The notes: generated by a model not told the origin, from the sequence alone. DNA of 63,545 nucleotides, filler included, from Octopus bimaculoides (GCF_001194135.2; 5 parts of 4 records of this genome joined end to end with filler, not necessarily neighbours in it); one strand, 5' to 3'. Positions 25,031 to 39,224 are shown, numbered from the whole stretch's first letter. A program made the numbers and translations.

Positions 25031-26740
25031 TGACATATATACATACACGCCCACGTACATAATACATACAAATATACATACACACAAACTACATACATTT
25101 ATATGCACACACACACGCATACATACATACATACATACATACATACATACATACATACATGCCTACACACATACACTGGTACGCTGGGGATTTCAGAAAA
25201 AATCAACCAGCTAATTCGCACATCCCAACTACACTCTGTAAGTAGAACGGTAAAATTATGTAAGACATTTTACAAGTTTAAAATGTGAATCTGATTTCGT
25301 TATCTACATTCCAAACATAGAGCTTTGTATCTTTCTTAAAAAACAGCTCCCTCCTTACAAGAAGATTGCAAATGATTAAAAATAGAAGTTTACATACATA
25401 ATAACCAATCTTAATCTTGGCAAGCGAGTATAATAGGTTTGCTTGCAGACATTTAATAAGGCCAAAACATATCCTGAGCTTTAAAATGTTCCTCTAAATG
25501 TCATATATACTCCATTATGACTTGACTTTCTTCATTCAGTTCATTCAGCCGATTATATTTGTAGGAAAACGCTTGATATCTATATTTAGGTTTTAAACGT
25601 TTCTGAAAGAGTTTTCATCTACTATTGTCTTGTAAAAACTCAGTTGTTCAAAGTCTTTCATTTCTCTTCATATGATCCGTCATATTCGTATTCAATAAGC
25701 AGAAGTCTCCTAAGAGATACTTTTTCCCTTTGTCATATTGTTGACATCTTTTTATGTTAACCCGATTATAAACAAGAGAAATAAGCTTTCATCGCCATTT
25801 TCTAAAATGTTTTTGTTCACATATCGACATCAGTTAATAGTTATTTATATGGTGCCTAATTTAATATTGCATTTACAATTACACAGCTAATGATCCGCTC
25901 CGTTTTTATTCTATGCTATTTTTTGCCTGAACTAGAGGTTATTGTGCCTAGTAAAAAGAAAATCAATATCAATTTGCACGAAAAGTCTATGTTATTTCCA
26001 TATAATTTAATTTTTATTTCTTTGAGGTTGTTTTCATCAACACGTCATGGGCCTCAGCTGCAAAAATTAAGGTAATAGAGAACAACCAATCACTTCCCCA
26101 CCAAGCACACCCATACCAGATATTCAACGACATGAACAATTTGAACAATACTACAATTGTGATATGTACACAAAATAAAGATCGTTATATGTCTTTGTTT
26201 ATTTTTAACACGCCAGCAAATTTCCAAAATCTGTAGAGCATCAGACAAAATGCGTTGCCGCTTAATATTTTGCTACTTCATGTTCAGAATCCATATCCGG
26301 CTGAGATCGACTTTGCTGTACATAGTTCCATAGTTTGCATAAGATACAAAATACGAGAGCAGGATTTGATATAACCAGCTTCGACTCCCATGAGAATTCA
26401 AGAGGGTCGATCTTTCATTGATGAAATACATCTGGTCTCTGAAAGATCAAGTAGCTGACTTTATTCATTCGAACGCAAACAAGGAATAAATACCATCAAA
26501 AGTTGTTTAAATTTTGAGCGCAAGGAGTTAATCGACTATAAAAACATTCCCCAATAATTGGCTGGAACAAATATCGAGAGCCATTTTGTCCGACGCTTTA
26601 AAACCGTAATTCCGAAGGTGGTGCATGGACCAAAATGTCTCTCAAACACTACGCTAGCCATTATGCCAAATATTAAATATTTTGCATATATGTGTGCTTA
26701 TAAGTGTGTGTATACATTTATACGCACACAAGTGCAGATA

Positions 26741-26777
<37 letters not shown>

Positions 26778-26787
26778 NNNNNNNNNN

Positions 26788-26832
<45 letters not shown>

Positions 26833-26995
26833 GCGTTTATATATTCGTTTTGCAAGATTCTTGATGTGAATTTGTGTTGAAACAGATATTGTTGTATTTA
26901 GGGATGGTCATATTGCCAATTTAGCCAATAAAAGCACACACACTGTATATTTGGTGTTCACTTGCTTCAGCTTTATTTTATATTAATTGTATTTC

Positions 26996-27039
26996 GGCCA
27001 GATTTCTTTCGTCACACTTCTGTGATCTCATCAGTGATC
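26996..27039 (-). ncRNA. Minimal type I hammerhead ribozyme-like motif, family H2
   Basis: Minus: gatca-CTGATGA-G-ATCACA gaag TGTGAC-GAAA-gaaa-TC-tggcc. Confidence 0.5.
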
Positions 27040-27096
27040 ACAGAAGGGCAAATCATTAGTAAAGAGGGACACACAAAAAAGGAATAAGAAAGCAAA

Positions 27097-27141
27097 GGAC
27101 CACTGATGAGGTCACAGACGTGTGACGAAGGAACTCTGGCC
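27097..27141 (+). ncRNA. Minimal type I hammerhead-like motif, family H2 (A15.1 to G)
   Basis: ggacca-CTGATGA(27103-27109)-G-GTCACA gacg TGTGAC-GAAG-gaac-TC-tggcc. It lies in an inverted repeat with the 26996-27039 copy. Confidence 0.5.
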
Positions 27142-27645
27142 GAAATACAATTAATATAANNNNNNNNNNNNNNNNNNNNNNNNNNNNNNNNNNNNNNNNN
27201 NNNNNNNNNNNNNNNNNNNNNNNNNNNNNNNNNNNNNNNNNNNNNNNNNNNNNNNNNNNNNNNNNNNNNNNNNNNNNNNNNNNNNNNNNNNNNNNNNNNN
27301 NNNNNNNNNNNNNNNNNNNNNNNNNNNNNNNNNNNNNNNNNNNNNNNNNNNNNNNNNNNNNNNNNNNNNNNNNNNNNNNNNNNNNNNNNNNNNNNNNNNN
27401 NNNNNNNNNNNNNNNNNNNNNNNNNNNNNNNNNNNNNNNNNNNNNNNNNNNNNNNNNNNNNNNNNNNNNNNNNNNNNNNNNNNNNNNNNNNNNNNNNNNN
27501 NNNNNNNNNNNNNNNNNNNNNNNNNNNNNNNNNNNNNNNNNNNNNNNNNNNNNNNNNNNNNNNNNNNNNNNNNNNNNNNNNNNNNNNNNNNNNNNNNNNN
27601 NNNNNNNNNNNNNNNNNNNNNNNNNNNNNNNNNNNNNNNNNNNNC

Positions 27646-28290
27646 ATGCCACACCGCACCACACCGCACCACACCACAACACAACACAACACACCACACA
27701 TCATCACACCACACCACCACACGACACCATCACATCACAACACAACACACAACACACTACACATCACCACACTACACCACAACACCACATCACACCATCC
27801 TGCACACACTAGCATTGACCACTTCCCAGCATCTACACTACACCATACCATGCCACCCGACATCACACCACCCCGCATACACTAGCACTGACCACTTCCC
27901 AGCACGTACACTATCATCCACACACCTACACATGCACACACCCACAAGTCAAGGTCACCAGCCCCAATCCACACGCACACACTTACACGCTCTCACATAC
28001 ATACACACGCGCACCTTCGTTTTGGGATCACCACCACTTTATTATCTCCCCTTCTTCCTAGCTCTCCTGTCAGACCATCTCCGCCCGGCCATCGCCATGA
28101 TCGACCGCTAGCCACTAAAGCTTTTTTTAATTCTCTCTCTGTTTATTTTCTCGTGTTCCTTACAGTTGGAGAGCGTAGGCTCGAAACGTAAAAAAACTTT
28201 CTCACCTTCCCGAGCGTTAAACTAATACACCTGTTTGTTGTTTATACACCAGTCTTCGTCTTTTGTTTTTTTATGAATGCCAACAGTGTG
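27646..28290 (+). repeat. CAC-rich minisatellite followed by a probable retroelement terminal region
   Basis: (cacac/cacca)n at 27646-27800; ~35-bp direct repeat cactagca.tgaccacttcccagca (27805, 27880); terminal block gagcgtaggctcgaaacgta...gtcttcgtcttttg recognised from memory as an octopus repeat end. Confidence 0.45.
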
Positions 28291-28706
28291 TATATGTATA
28301 TATATATATATATATATGAGACTATAAACGTGATGTAAGCACGCTAATGTGTGCGTAGTATTTTACATGGCTAACATAATTTTGCCGCGCTGAAATTGTT
28401 TGTTATTGTTTCAATGCACATACTCAGATAATCATAAATATTACCAAACAAAAACAACCCTTCTGAAATTGGTAAAATAATGTTAGGCAATAAATAATGT
28501 TATATATATGTGAAATGCTTACATTTCACATATAGCAGCCTACTTTAACAAAAACTACGTAGTTTGTTTGTAGATATAGTCATGAAAATGGTATCAATAA
28601 TTTAAATATCGTATTTACTCTTTCATGTACTGTTTTGGGGTTACTTTGTAGCTTTATGTTTAACTTACAGTTATTTATTGTTTTCTCTCTCTCACACTTT
28701 GTCTCA

Positions 28707-28745
<39 letters not shown>

Positions 28746-29642
28746 CTGAATGTAACTATTGTTGCGTTAAATCTTACAGCTAGATAACATCATAAAATCA
28801 GGTTCTATCATTGTTTTCTTTTTCTCTTAACCAATCACAATTATTTCTCTTTTCAGGTGTATCATCTATCATTTTTCGAACATTTATATTTCAAAGACAC
28901 ACACACACACACGCACGCACGCACGCACGCAAGCATGCACACGCGGATGCATATCTACACATGTACGGATATGTGTATGTACAAATGCATAGATGTGAAT
29001 ATACACATATATACGTATACGCACATGCACAAATACACTCAGACATTCATACGCGTGTGTGAATGTGAAAGCTTCCAAGCATGTATGCTCCTACGTATGT
29101 ATCTCCGTTCTGATTTAAACGTACAACATTCAGTTTAATAAAGTAGATATGCAATGTACATACAGTGTGTGGCCATCATTATTCTTTTCCATATGTTTTC
29201 ATATTAAACGTTACAACTGTGTTCGTATTTTTGTTCAGAAAAACCGCAGAAAGTAATGTGCTTCCTTTTATACTCTCTATTGCACACAAATATCATTTTC
29301 TGCTTCTAGCATTCATATATATTTACACTAGAACTGGGATGCTTAACTAGAACATTTCTGTCTCAGATGATCATAGCAAGTGCCTAAAAATCTGTGCAGA
29401 AGCATATGTCCTGCGAAATATAATCTATAATTCTAGGACATTTCCTATTTAAAGATTATTTCAATTTATTTTGTTGGTGTTTAGGCTGAATGATTTTTCA
29501 TATGAGTGTTTTAAGTCTTCGCCAGTGCGCACTTCAGTTTCAAAAGTGAGCAATCACATTTCCCTTATTTGAATTAATATAATATATGCATACATTCACA
29601 ACCTCAAACACAAACACTTACATCCACACACATACACATATT

Positions 29643-29707
<65 letters not shown>

Positions 29708-29785
29708 CTCTCGCTGTATGTATATGCACATATATAATAATGATAATGTATATGTACATATATAATAAAGAAAATAATAATAATA

Positions 29786-29942
29786 ATGGGCTATGCACAC
29801 ATCCTACGCAAAACTTTTAATACAGTAACCATAAGTGCATCACAGCAAACCACAGCACATACCCAAGGCACACAGAGCTGCGCTCGGTAGTGAAGTGAAA
29901 GCACGTTATAAAAATAAAACTACTGAATAATAATAATAATAA
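29786..29942 (+). mobile_element. Severely 5'-truncated R4/Dong-type 3' end in an (AAT)n tract, lineage B
   Basis: gcacacatcctacgcaaaactttta encodes AHILRKT, a typical RLE-element C-terminus, followed by a short UTR and an (AAT)n tail. (AAT)n also precedes it. Confidence 0.6.
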
Positions 29943-29943
29943 T

Positions 29944-30772
<829 letters not shown>

Positions 30773-31586
30773 GTNNNNNNNNNNNNNNNNNNNNNNNNNN
30801 NNNNNNNNNNNNNNNNNNTTAATTAATTAANNNNNNNNNNNNNNNNNNNNNNNNNNNNNNNNNNNNNNNNNNNNATATATATATATATATATATATATAT
30901 ACGTATATGTGCGTGTGTGCGTGTACGTGCATACATTGCATATACACAAACAGGATTGAAGACAGTCACACACATGCACACACACACGTGCATATTTTTA
31001 TGGTTTATCTGGAGACTGAAAGGCACCGCCTATGACTTCCCCACCTCCCAAAGCATCCGACTGTTCTGAGGGAAATTGCAGAAGATATTGCAACTCGGGG
31101 CTTAATCATCAGACTGAAGACCAGATCTAAACACTTGTAACAGAATTGACTCTCCTAGAAGTATCCAACAACCAGATAATTGTGTTAAGAAAAGGCGAAC
31201 AATTAAGTGGACCAATGAGAAACTAAATATCTAACGAATTGGCACACAGTTTTCTATGGTCCAGTTTCACACAGTGCCGTCCCATATCTGAAAGTGTATT
31301 CCATTGTAGTCTCACTTAGAAATTTTGCAAAGAATTAGCAGATGTTGGGAACTGAAGTATTTGTTGACCCTAAATATGAATGTTAATCCTAAAACGATAG
31401 TGTTTACTACGTTGAGTATGTTAAATCACTATCAAATTGGTAGAAAAAGCTAAATTAGTCGAATGTATATTTCTAAGTATTTTTAGATCCATTTTTTTAA
31501 GGATTTTAAATTTCAACAAATTTCTATATTTTTGCTTGATGTTATTTGTAGTAGTTTGATTATCAATCTTCATGTATCGAAAGTTA

Positions 31587-32361
31587 TTAATTCAGCTCAA
31601 GTGTTTGTAGTTGCCTTCACATATATTTCTATAGGCAATTATTATCAATGCGTATAGGCCTCGCCCAACCAAATAGATATGTGTGTGAGTGTGTGTGTGT
31701 GTGGGGGGGCGTGTGTGTGTGTATATATATATATATATAATTCAATTAGAGGTTGTGTTAGCCTCATGAAGGGATGGTGGCATCTAACGAAATACTGGTT
31801 CAATACCTAATATTTTTTGTTGGATGGGGTGGGTGAGGTTAATATCCATGAAATAATAGGTTTATATATAAATCATGCTTTATAATCATGCAAATAAAAA
31901 ATAAGACAATGGAAATATCGAAGTTAATAAAAGTTTATTATCATCAAAAAATCGATCATTATCCTTTACAGCTGTTTCAATTAAGCTCAGAATCAAACTT
32001 AGACTCGGTGTCTTTACGTGAGATGATTCCACAAGGTAAAGAAAGGTTATAAGAGGGATAATTTATTTAATTTAATGGAGCTTAACTGAAAAAGCTGTAA
32101 AGGATGATGATCGATTTTTTGCTGATAATAAACTCTTATTAACTTCAATATCTCCATTTTCTTATTTTTCATATATATATATATAATGTGTGTGTGTGTT
32201 CTTAGACACGCAGCCACGTCTCTGCTTTACATATATACGAGCCCGTGTAGAACACACAGACTCACACACACATATCTACTTGGTTGGGCGAGGCCTATAC
32301 GCATTGATAATAATTGCCTATAGAAATATATGTGAAGGCAACTACAAACACTTGAGCTGAA

Positions 32362-32367
<6 letters not shown>
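31587..32367. repeat. Nested inverted repeats (foldback/MITE-like)
   Basis: Outer arms 31587-31695 / 32260-32367 are near-perfect (~105 bp). Inner arms 31895-31988 / 32068-32165 are more diverged (~92 bp). Confidence 0.85.
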
Positions 32368-32425
<58 letters not shown>

Positions 32426-32659
32426 TAGGTCAAACTTACACAGATTACAAACGACAGTGAAGGGGTGTACACATACACATACATACATACATACATACAT
32501 ACATACATACGTACATACATACATACATACATACATACACACACACATACATACATACATACATACATACATACATACATACATACTTCCTCACATGCAT
32601 ATATAAATACATTTGAGATCGTGAGCTGGACTGAAGACCATTTCATTATTTGATTTAGC

Positions 32660-32862
32660 ACTTATACGTTCTGAGTTCAAATTCTGCAGTATAAATTTCT
32701 GTATTGGACCCCTGAAGCCGATAAAAGATGCACCATTAATATACTGTTGATTTCTTATACCTAGTATAGGTGTTTCAAAGGCGGAGAGCAGGAGGAATCG
32801 ATGCAATCGATTAACACCCTTCCACAAAATTATTGGCCTTGTGCCTAAATTTGAAACCATTC
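32660..32862 (+). mobile_element. SINE family C, partial
   Basis: tacgttctgagttcaaattctgc...aattattggccttgtgcctaaatttgaaacc. Confidence 0.65.
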
Positions 32863-33299
32863 TAAGTCTTCCATATGCCGATATATGAAATAAAAAATTT
32901 CGGAGGTGTCTACTTGCAAAATGGTGACAATTTGGTTAACGAAAGTGTGATAAAGCTGTTTGTAGGTCTTGTCAAGCATATGACTTTCATAATGAAATAG
33001 GCTGACTTCAAGGTATCAACAATCATTTATATTTATGTGCAATTGTGCATATTGGGTGTGTTCATGTCCAACGTCCTGTATTTTTATTGTGTTGCGTGTT
33101 AGTAAACTTGTTAAGTTACTACAATTATCAAAGAATTCAGTAATTTATTTCTATGTTGCTATGAAGCATTTTCGTTTATAAAGTTAAAATGTAGATTTAC
33201 TGATCTAGCGAATGTATAACCGATAACTCAATCTAAAAATAGTAATTAATATATTGCATAGACGCATTCATAATTCAATCGTTCAACAATTTTGCTTCG

Positions 33300-34240
33300 T
33301 AAGGGCGGTTGTGTACATCCGGGTACGAAACAGTAGGCTGTGGCAACTTCGACAAGTTTCTCTACCGTAGCTCGAATTAATCCAAGCGTAATGAGTGATA
33401 CTGCGTTGACAAAAGTGTGTGATAGCCGGAGTGATGGACTATAACTCGTTTTAAGAACACCTACGGATCCTTAGATAACTTTTGTAGAATCCATTCAGGG
33501 GCAAGTGTTCCATACCAAGTCACCGGTTAGAGGATGGACAATTTTAAATCTTGATGTGCTTCTCCATACTGAACCAACTATAAGGTATGGGTTCTTTCTC
33601 CCCACTCGTAGATGTTTTGCCACGAAGTTACGTGGATACTTTTCCGCTTTTGATGAGTTATTAAAAATATTGTGCCAAAATATAATACGAGATAGCTGAA
33701 GCGGAGATAGAGTTAATCTCCATTCTTTATGATAATGCGTTGAGTTTTATTTCACATCCCAGTTGTTGATGTTTTGTTTCAGATCAAGCAGATCTATGAT
33801 CAAAGACTTTCTGGCCGTCACTATTCCGTACCCTGTTGAGCTTTCTCATAGAATATCAATACTACATTGTTCATCGCACGCTTCCATTCTTATTTTCAAG
33901 AGGAAAAAAAAGTTCGATTTGGAAATGTGGCCGCTTTTTCTCCCAGTTAGAGCAAGCCTGTAGAAGCTCGCCTTCTTTGTTTCAGGGTTATGCTAAGAGG
34001 GATACTAACAGCGTCATCAAAGCACTGTTATGCATGTTTTAGCTTCAAAAAGTGAGAATTCATTCTGCCAACTATGGACGCCATTCGACTTTCTATCAGG
34101 AACTTTCTACAGGTTGTATTCTATATCATATACTCAATAGCATTACGACGGATCACCGACAGATCCATATTTAGTCAAGAGCGTCAAGAGTATCACAGAA
34201 TACAAATATGTCAATATTTTTCGAAGATCAAGGAACTTCA
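33300..34240 (-). pseudogene. Possible very old RT-like coding remnant
   Basis: One minus frame with scattered stops starts LDLRKILTYL..LLTKYG (resembling the DLxKAFD..L..L.kYG segment). Otherwise weak. Confidence 0.25.
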
Positions 34241-34253
34241 AATGAAACTTCTA

Positions 34254-34359
<106 letters not shown>

Positions 34360-35831
34360 TTATACATATACTTATATATCATTCAGCTACGGTAGTAGTT
34401 GAATAATATTCTTAACGTAGCTTTTTTGTCGCAGTTGGCGTCTTCCAAGCAGTCTCAATAATTCAGTTTTAATCAAAACCAAAGTTTGTTTTTTGAATTA
34501 GGTTTGACTAATGATAAGCTACATTTAGACATAAAATACTTAAAATCTGGTGCAGTAGAACAAAAGTTAAGAGAGAAAATGTATAGACCAAAATAGTGGA
34601 CTGACGGGTAATAACACACGACATTGATACTTTGAATCCACACCATTCTTTTAATTTTGATTATCATATTGCTATTAATATGAATGAGAAATATTAAAGG
34701 AATATATTGGTAAAGGTTTCGTAAAATATCATTGATTAGAAAAAAAGATATTTAATTTAATTCTGAAATTTTTATCAATTTTTGCGTGATATTAAACGGA
34801 CACTACTCATATATGAACTAAACTATATCTTAGGCGCACACACAGCAAAAGATAAAAGACAACACAAATCTATACAAATATTTCTAATATATATTGTCAT
34901 TAGTCTAAATTATTTTTTATAAAAAAATGAAGTTTTTTGCTTAATTTTTTGTAGTATAACTTTTTAAAATCCATTTTTGAATAAATTATTTTAATAACAA
35001 GATTTTTTAATAAAATATTATTAAGTTTTTGATTTTTTTCTCTATGAGCAGTATTGAATCATGTAGTAGGGCTGTTCAGAAAAGGCAAATGACAAAAATT
35101 CAAATATTTTAACAGTCAATTTCCACTATTTTAAAATTTTCAAACATGGAGTTAATTATTTGCATACTAAAAATGACATTATAATTCATTTATTAATTTT
35201 ATAGTAAACAGAATATAACTGTTTATGGCTTTGTCTCTTTGAGCAGTACTGAAATCTGTAGTAAGGTTGTTCAGAAAAGACAAATGCTAGTTGTAATTAT
35301 AGTCTATTCAATATTAATTTAATTTAATTTATTTAAAATAAAGTCATTTTATTAAATTTGTATCCTCATTTTTTTCATTATTTTAAAAATTCTTTAAATA
35401 TATTCATTCATAACTTTGTCTCTGCACAGTAGCGAAGTTACAGTACATACATTATTTCCAGAAAGAGCAAAGTTGCAATGATTATCATTAATTTTTAATT
35501 TAATTTCTAAATGAGAGTTAGGCAAATGAAAAAAATCAAAATTTTGTTTGAATTCAAATTTTGAATTCAAAATGACTGCAAAAAATGGCAATTTTATGTA
35601 TTTTTACTTAAAATGTTACTATTACTGCAAAGACTATAAAAGCAATGGACTAGCCNNNNNNNNNNAAAAAAGGAAAAGTGAAATTAATTGAATTAAAAAA
35701 ATATGAAAAAGTACCTAAGAGGTACCAATATTTTAAGCTCTAATTTTGATGAGTCTTTCCTTGTCCTCTACTTTTTCCAGGCTTAATTATTAAGAATATT
35801 GTTAGTATGCGTTCGCATTTTCATTGGCTGG

Positions 35832-35872
<41 letters not shown>

Positions 35873-36118
35873 CGTACTCATTTCTCATACCGCCTGACTT
35901 TTCATGGTTTATATACTCGTCATAAAGTGATTTCATTAATCGGAGTTTCTGAATTTCAGCTGCATGGACATTGCATCACACTTCTCTGTAACAGATTGCT
36001 AAGTGGTTTGATAACAGTGTCCGTTAGAGTAGCTTTCTGTGATAACCAAACGATTCCCTGAATCCACATTTTATTCTACACATTCATAAGCACGTACACA
36101 GATACGCACACATACACA

Positions 36119-36195
<77 letters not shown>

Positions 36196-36394
36196 TGAAA
36201 ATGAATAAAAATGAAAATGCCACCTTTTTAAAACATTTTTTGGGTGTTTTAATTAATTTACATGTTTCGGTTTTTTTGAAAAACCTTATCAAAAATGAAT
36301 ATAAAATATGTGAGAAGAGAAATATATATACACACACACAAACACAAATGCACATATACATAAATTCACACATATAATTTATCTTTTATCTTTT

Positions 36395-36800
36395 TGCTTG
36401 TATCAGTCATTTGACTGTGGCCATGCTGGAGCACCGTCTTGAAAAATTTTTATTCGAATGAATCTACTACAGTATTTATATTTTTTCAAGCCTGGTACTT
36501 ATTCTGTCCGTCCCTTTTGCTGAACCGCTAGGTTATGTGGAAGTAAACACACCAGCACTGGTTGTCAAGCAATAGTTGGGGACAAACACAGACAGAAAGA
36601 TACACACACACAAAGTTATAAATGCACACACATACTTATACGACAGGCTTCTTTCAGTTTCCGTCTACGAAATACATTCACAAGTCTTTCGTCGGCCTAA
36701 GGCTATGGAAGAAAACACTTGTCCAAGGTGCTACGCAGGGGGACTAAACCCAGACTAATTTGGTTGGGAAGCATAATTCTTACCACACATCGACGCCTGC
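36395..36800 (-). mobile_element. SINE family A
   Basis: cagtcatttgactgtggccatgctggagcacc ... ggtgctacgcagggggactaaacc..cttaccacac. Confidence 0.85.
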
Positions 36801-37353
36801 GCATCAAAACCCAAAATCATCTGTGATCTGGCTCTGTCCGCTAGGGAACTTTTGTCCCTTGTCAGTCATTAAGATAGTTCTTGTGGCTATTGAGTTGTTT
36901 TGACTCTTATTTCTAACAATGCTGGTACCGCGTAGTACTCTCTGTCACTTTACTAACGTGTATGAATTTGCCCTTAGTATGAAATGTATTCATATAATTA
37001 CGTCATGGGTTTGATTTCCAGTTGAGTCATATTCTGTTAACTGTAGCAAGTGTGATTGAGATCCGCTTTGTATAGTGTATGAAAGAGAATGAACATTGTT
37101 AAATTGAACTATACACTAAGTTGAAAATCTTTGTTGCTGCCCAATAGCCCGTAAGTTCAACGAACTAAATACGAAGCAATTTTTCACACATTTACTCATA
37201 TAATCCAATACACGAGACACACACACACACACACACACATTCTATTTGTCGAAAAATTGCAAATTCATTGTGATGTTAAGAGTAGTTTACTTCCATATGA
37301 AGTTGTTTGATTTCAATTACAGAGAATTATAAATATTTTGCAGGGCGTTCCGT

Positions 37354-37394
<41 letters not shown>

Positions 37395-37396
37395 TA

Positions 37397-37439
<43 letters not shown>

Positions 37440-37976
37440 TGCGTGCAAAGACTCTTTGCCTATATTGAAATTCGAAGTTTGACGCTTTCTTTTCTATTTT
37501 TCAGACATTTGATTGCAGCTAATCTTGGTGTAGATGCCGTCTTATAGAGTTCGCTCGGCAGTATCGCGTTCAATATTTGAATCAGTCTTGTTAATACAAT
37601 CGATTGAGCTTTGTGTCACACGGCNNNNNNNNNNNNNNNNNNNNNNNNNNNNNNNNNNNNNNNNNNNNNNNNNNNNNNNNNNNNNNNNNNNNNNNNNNNN
37701 NNNNNNNNNNNNNNNNNNNNNNNNNNNNNNNNNNNNNNNNNNNNNNNNNNNNNNNNNNNNNNNNNNNNNNNNNNNNNNNNNNNNNNNNNNNNNNATATAT
37801 ATATATATATATATAAATGAAATATTCAAACACTGAGATTTGAAGTTAGATGTCACTACTGTTCATATCATCTGTGGATAAATTCAAAATTTGATGATAT
37901 CACCAGTAGTAGCATGAGTGGAACGCAGTTATGATAGCTTTAAGGAGCTATGAAATTTGCACAAAGCGTAATATAT

Positions 37977-38011
<35 letters not shown>

Positions 38012-38174
38012 GAAATGTTTATAATTGTTTATATATTTGTTTATTATAATCATACTTAAACACATATACATTCACTGGCTTGGCTGTGTGGCAAGAAGTT
38101 TGCTTCCAAACCACGCACACACACACATATAAATATAAGTATGTATATATATAAAACTGTCAGAATAATGTAGA

Positions 38175-38219
38175 CGCCTCTGATGAGAATCCGATAAGGT
38201 TCGAAAATCGATTAGGGTG
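38175..38219 (+). ncRNA. Minimal type I hammerhead ribozyme, family H1, intact core
   Basis: Stem I cgcct/gggtg; CTGATGA 38180-38186; stem II gaatc/ggttc (one U-G pair, 6-nt loop); GAAA 38203-38206; palindromic stem III AATCGATT 38206-38213; NUH triplet UUA, predicted cut after 38214. Confidence 0.7.
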
Positions 38220-38479
38220 GTTCATCATCTTTTCAGTCTGCAGATAAATGGATAAAATTTGCCCTGTTTATAACTATACCATATGTTACATAGATTTTAT
38301 ATCATATCTTGATACTGTGTGAAATAAGATCTCCGTTGACAGGCCGCTAGCATTTATAGAATGTTAAACACTTTCGGTATGCAAATTAGGGACCCTTTTA
38401 TAGAGTAACTGCTGCATTTGTTGAGTATATAAACAGTTTGACTGCCTGTTTCTCTGGAGACTGTGAGAATGCTGTAGAC

Positions 38480-38522
38480 ACTTCTGATTAGAACCTAATT
38501 ATGTTCGAAAATCGATTAAAGT
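38480..38522 (+). ncRNA. Hammerhead family H1, tandem copy (G8 to U)
   Basis: actt-CTGATTA-gaac ctaattat gttc-GAAA-atcgat-TA-aagt. Flanks are homologous to the 38175 copy. Confidence 0.55.
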
Positions 38523-39224
38523 TGTTCATCATTTTTTTCAGTCTGCAGAAAATTGGCAAAAATTTACCCTGTTTATAAATATACTATATATTATATATAT
38601 TGTTGAATTTCTGGCTGGTCATTTATTATTTTTATTTATTTACCAAATAAAAACACACGCACTATATATTCGTTCTTCACTCGTTTATTACTGTTCTTAT
38701 TCTAACTCATGTCCATTGTCCGGAAATTTTTCATCCGACATCTGTGACCTTCTCAGTGACACTTTCCATCTTCCTGTGATCTCTGGCTCTGCATATTCCA
38801 TTCTCTTCTTCTATGATGTGTATCCTTATATGCGCATGCGTTTGTGTTTGTGTGTGTGCCTGATTGTTCTTGGTAGCCCTATGACCATCTCCTCAGTCCC
38901 GTCCCCAAACCCGTTGTCGCTGCTGCTGCTCTTGAACCCGATTTTTTGTACCGTTCTTGTAACTCACTGTGTTTGTGTGTTCGCCCACGCTGCTACTATC
39001 GTGTTAGTTGTTGTTTTTGTTTTTTGTCGTATTGTTGATGCTGTTGCTGCCGTCTGTGAAGTTACCGTGTATTTATGTGTGTGTTTGTGGGCTTACTTCC
39101 TATGTTGTTTGTAGCCTATTAAAAAAAATATTTATCATACGTATATTCATATACGTCTGTTGGATGTGTATTTCGCTGTTTTTATCTGGTTGCTTTTTCT
39201 CCCTTCAGTCTTTTGTCGTTATGT

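Noticed and set aside
28165-28195. Hammerhead-like gagc-gtag-gctc-GAAACGTA
   Set aside because: No CTGANGA core upstream (ttgga) and no stem I; it cannot be folded as a canonical HHR.
28746-28779. Possible 34-nt minus-strand exon with CAG|gtaaga donor
   Set aside because: The donor is created at the edge of a (GA)n tract, the acceptor is mediocre and the length is frame-shifting.
33880-33930. KKVRF (PP1-docking-like) motif in a plus frame
   Set aside because: It lies in a stop-interrupted frame created by an A-run, with no other GADD34-like features.
38155-38590. CRISPR-like or other regularly spaced repeat array
   Set aside because: Eukaryotic context, no short constant repeats with unique spacers anywhere in the window, and no cas genes.
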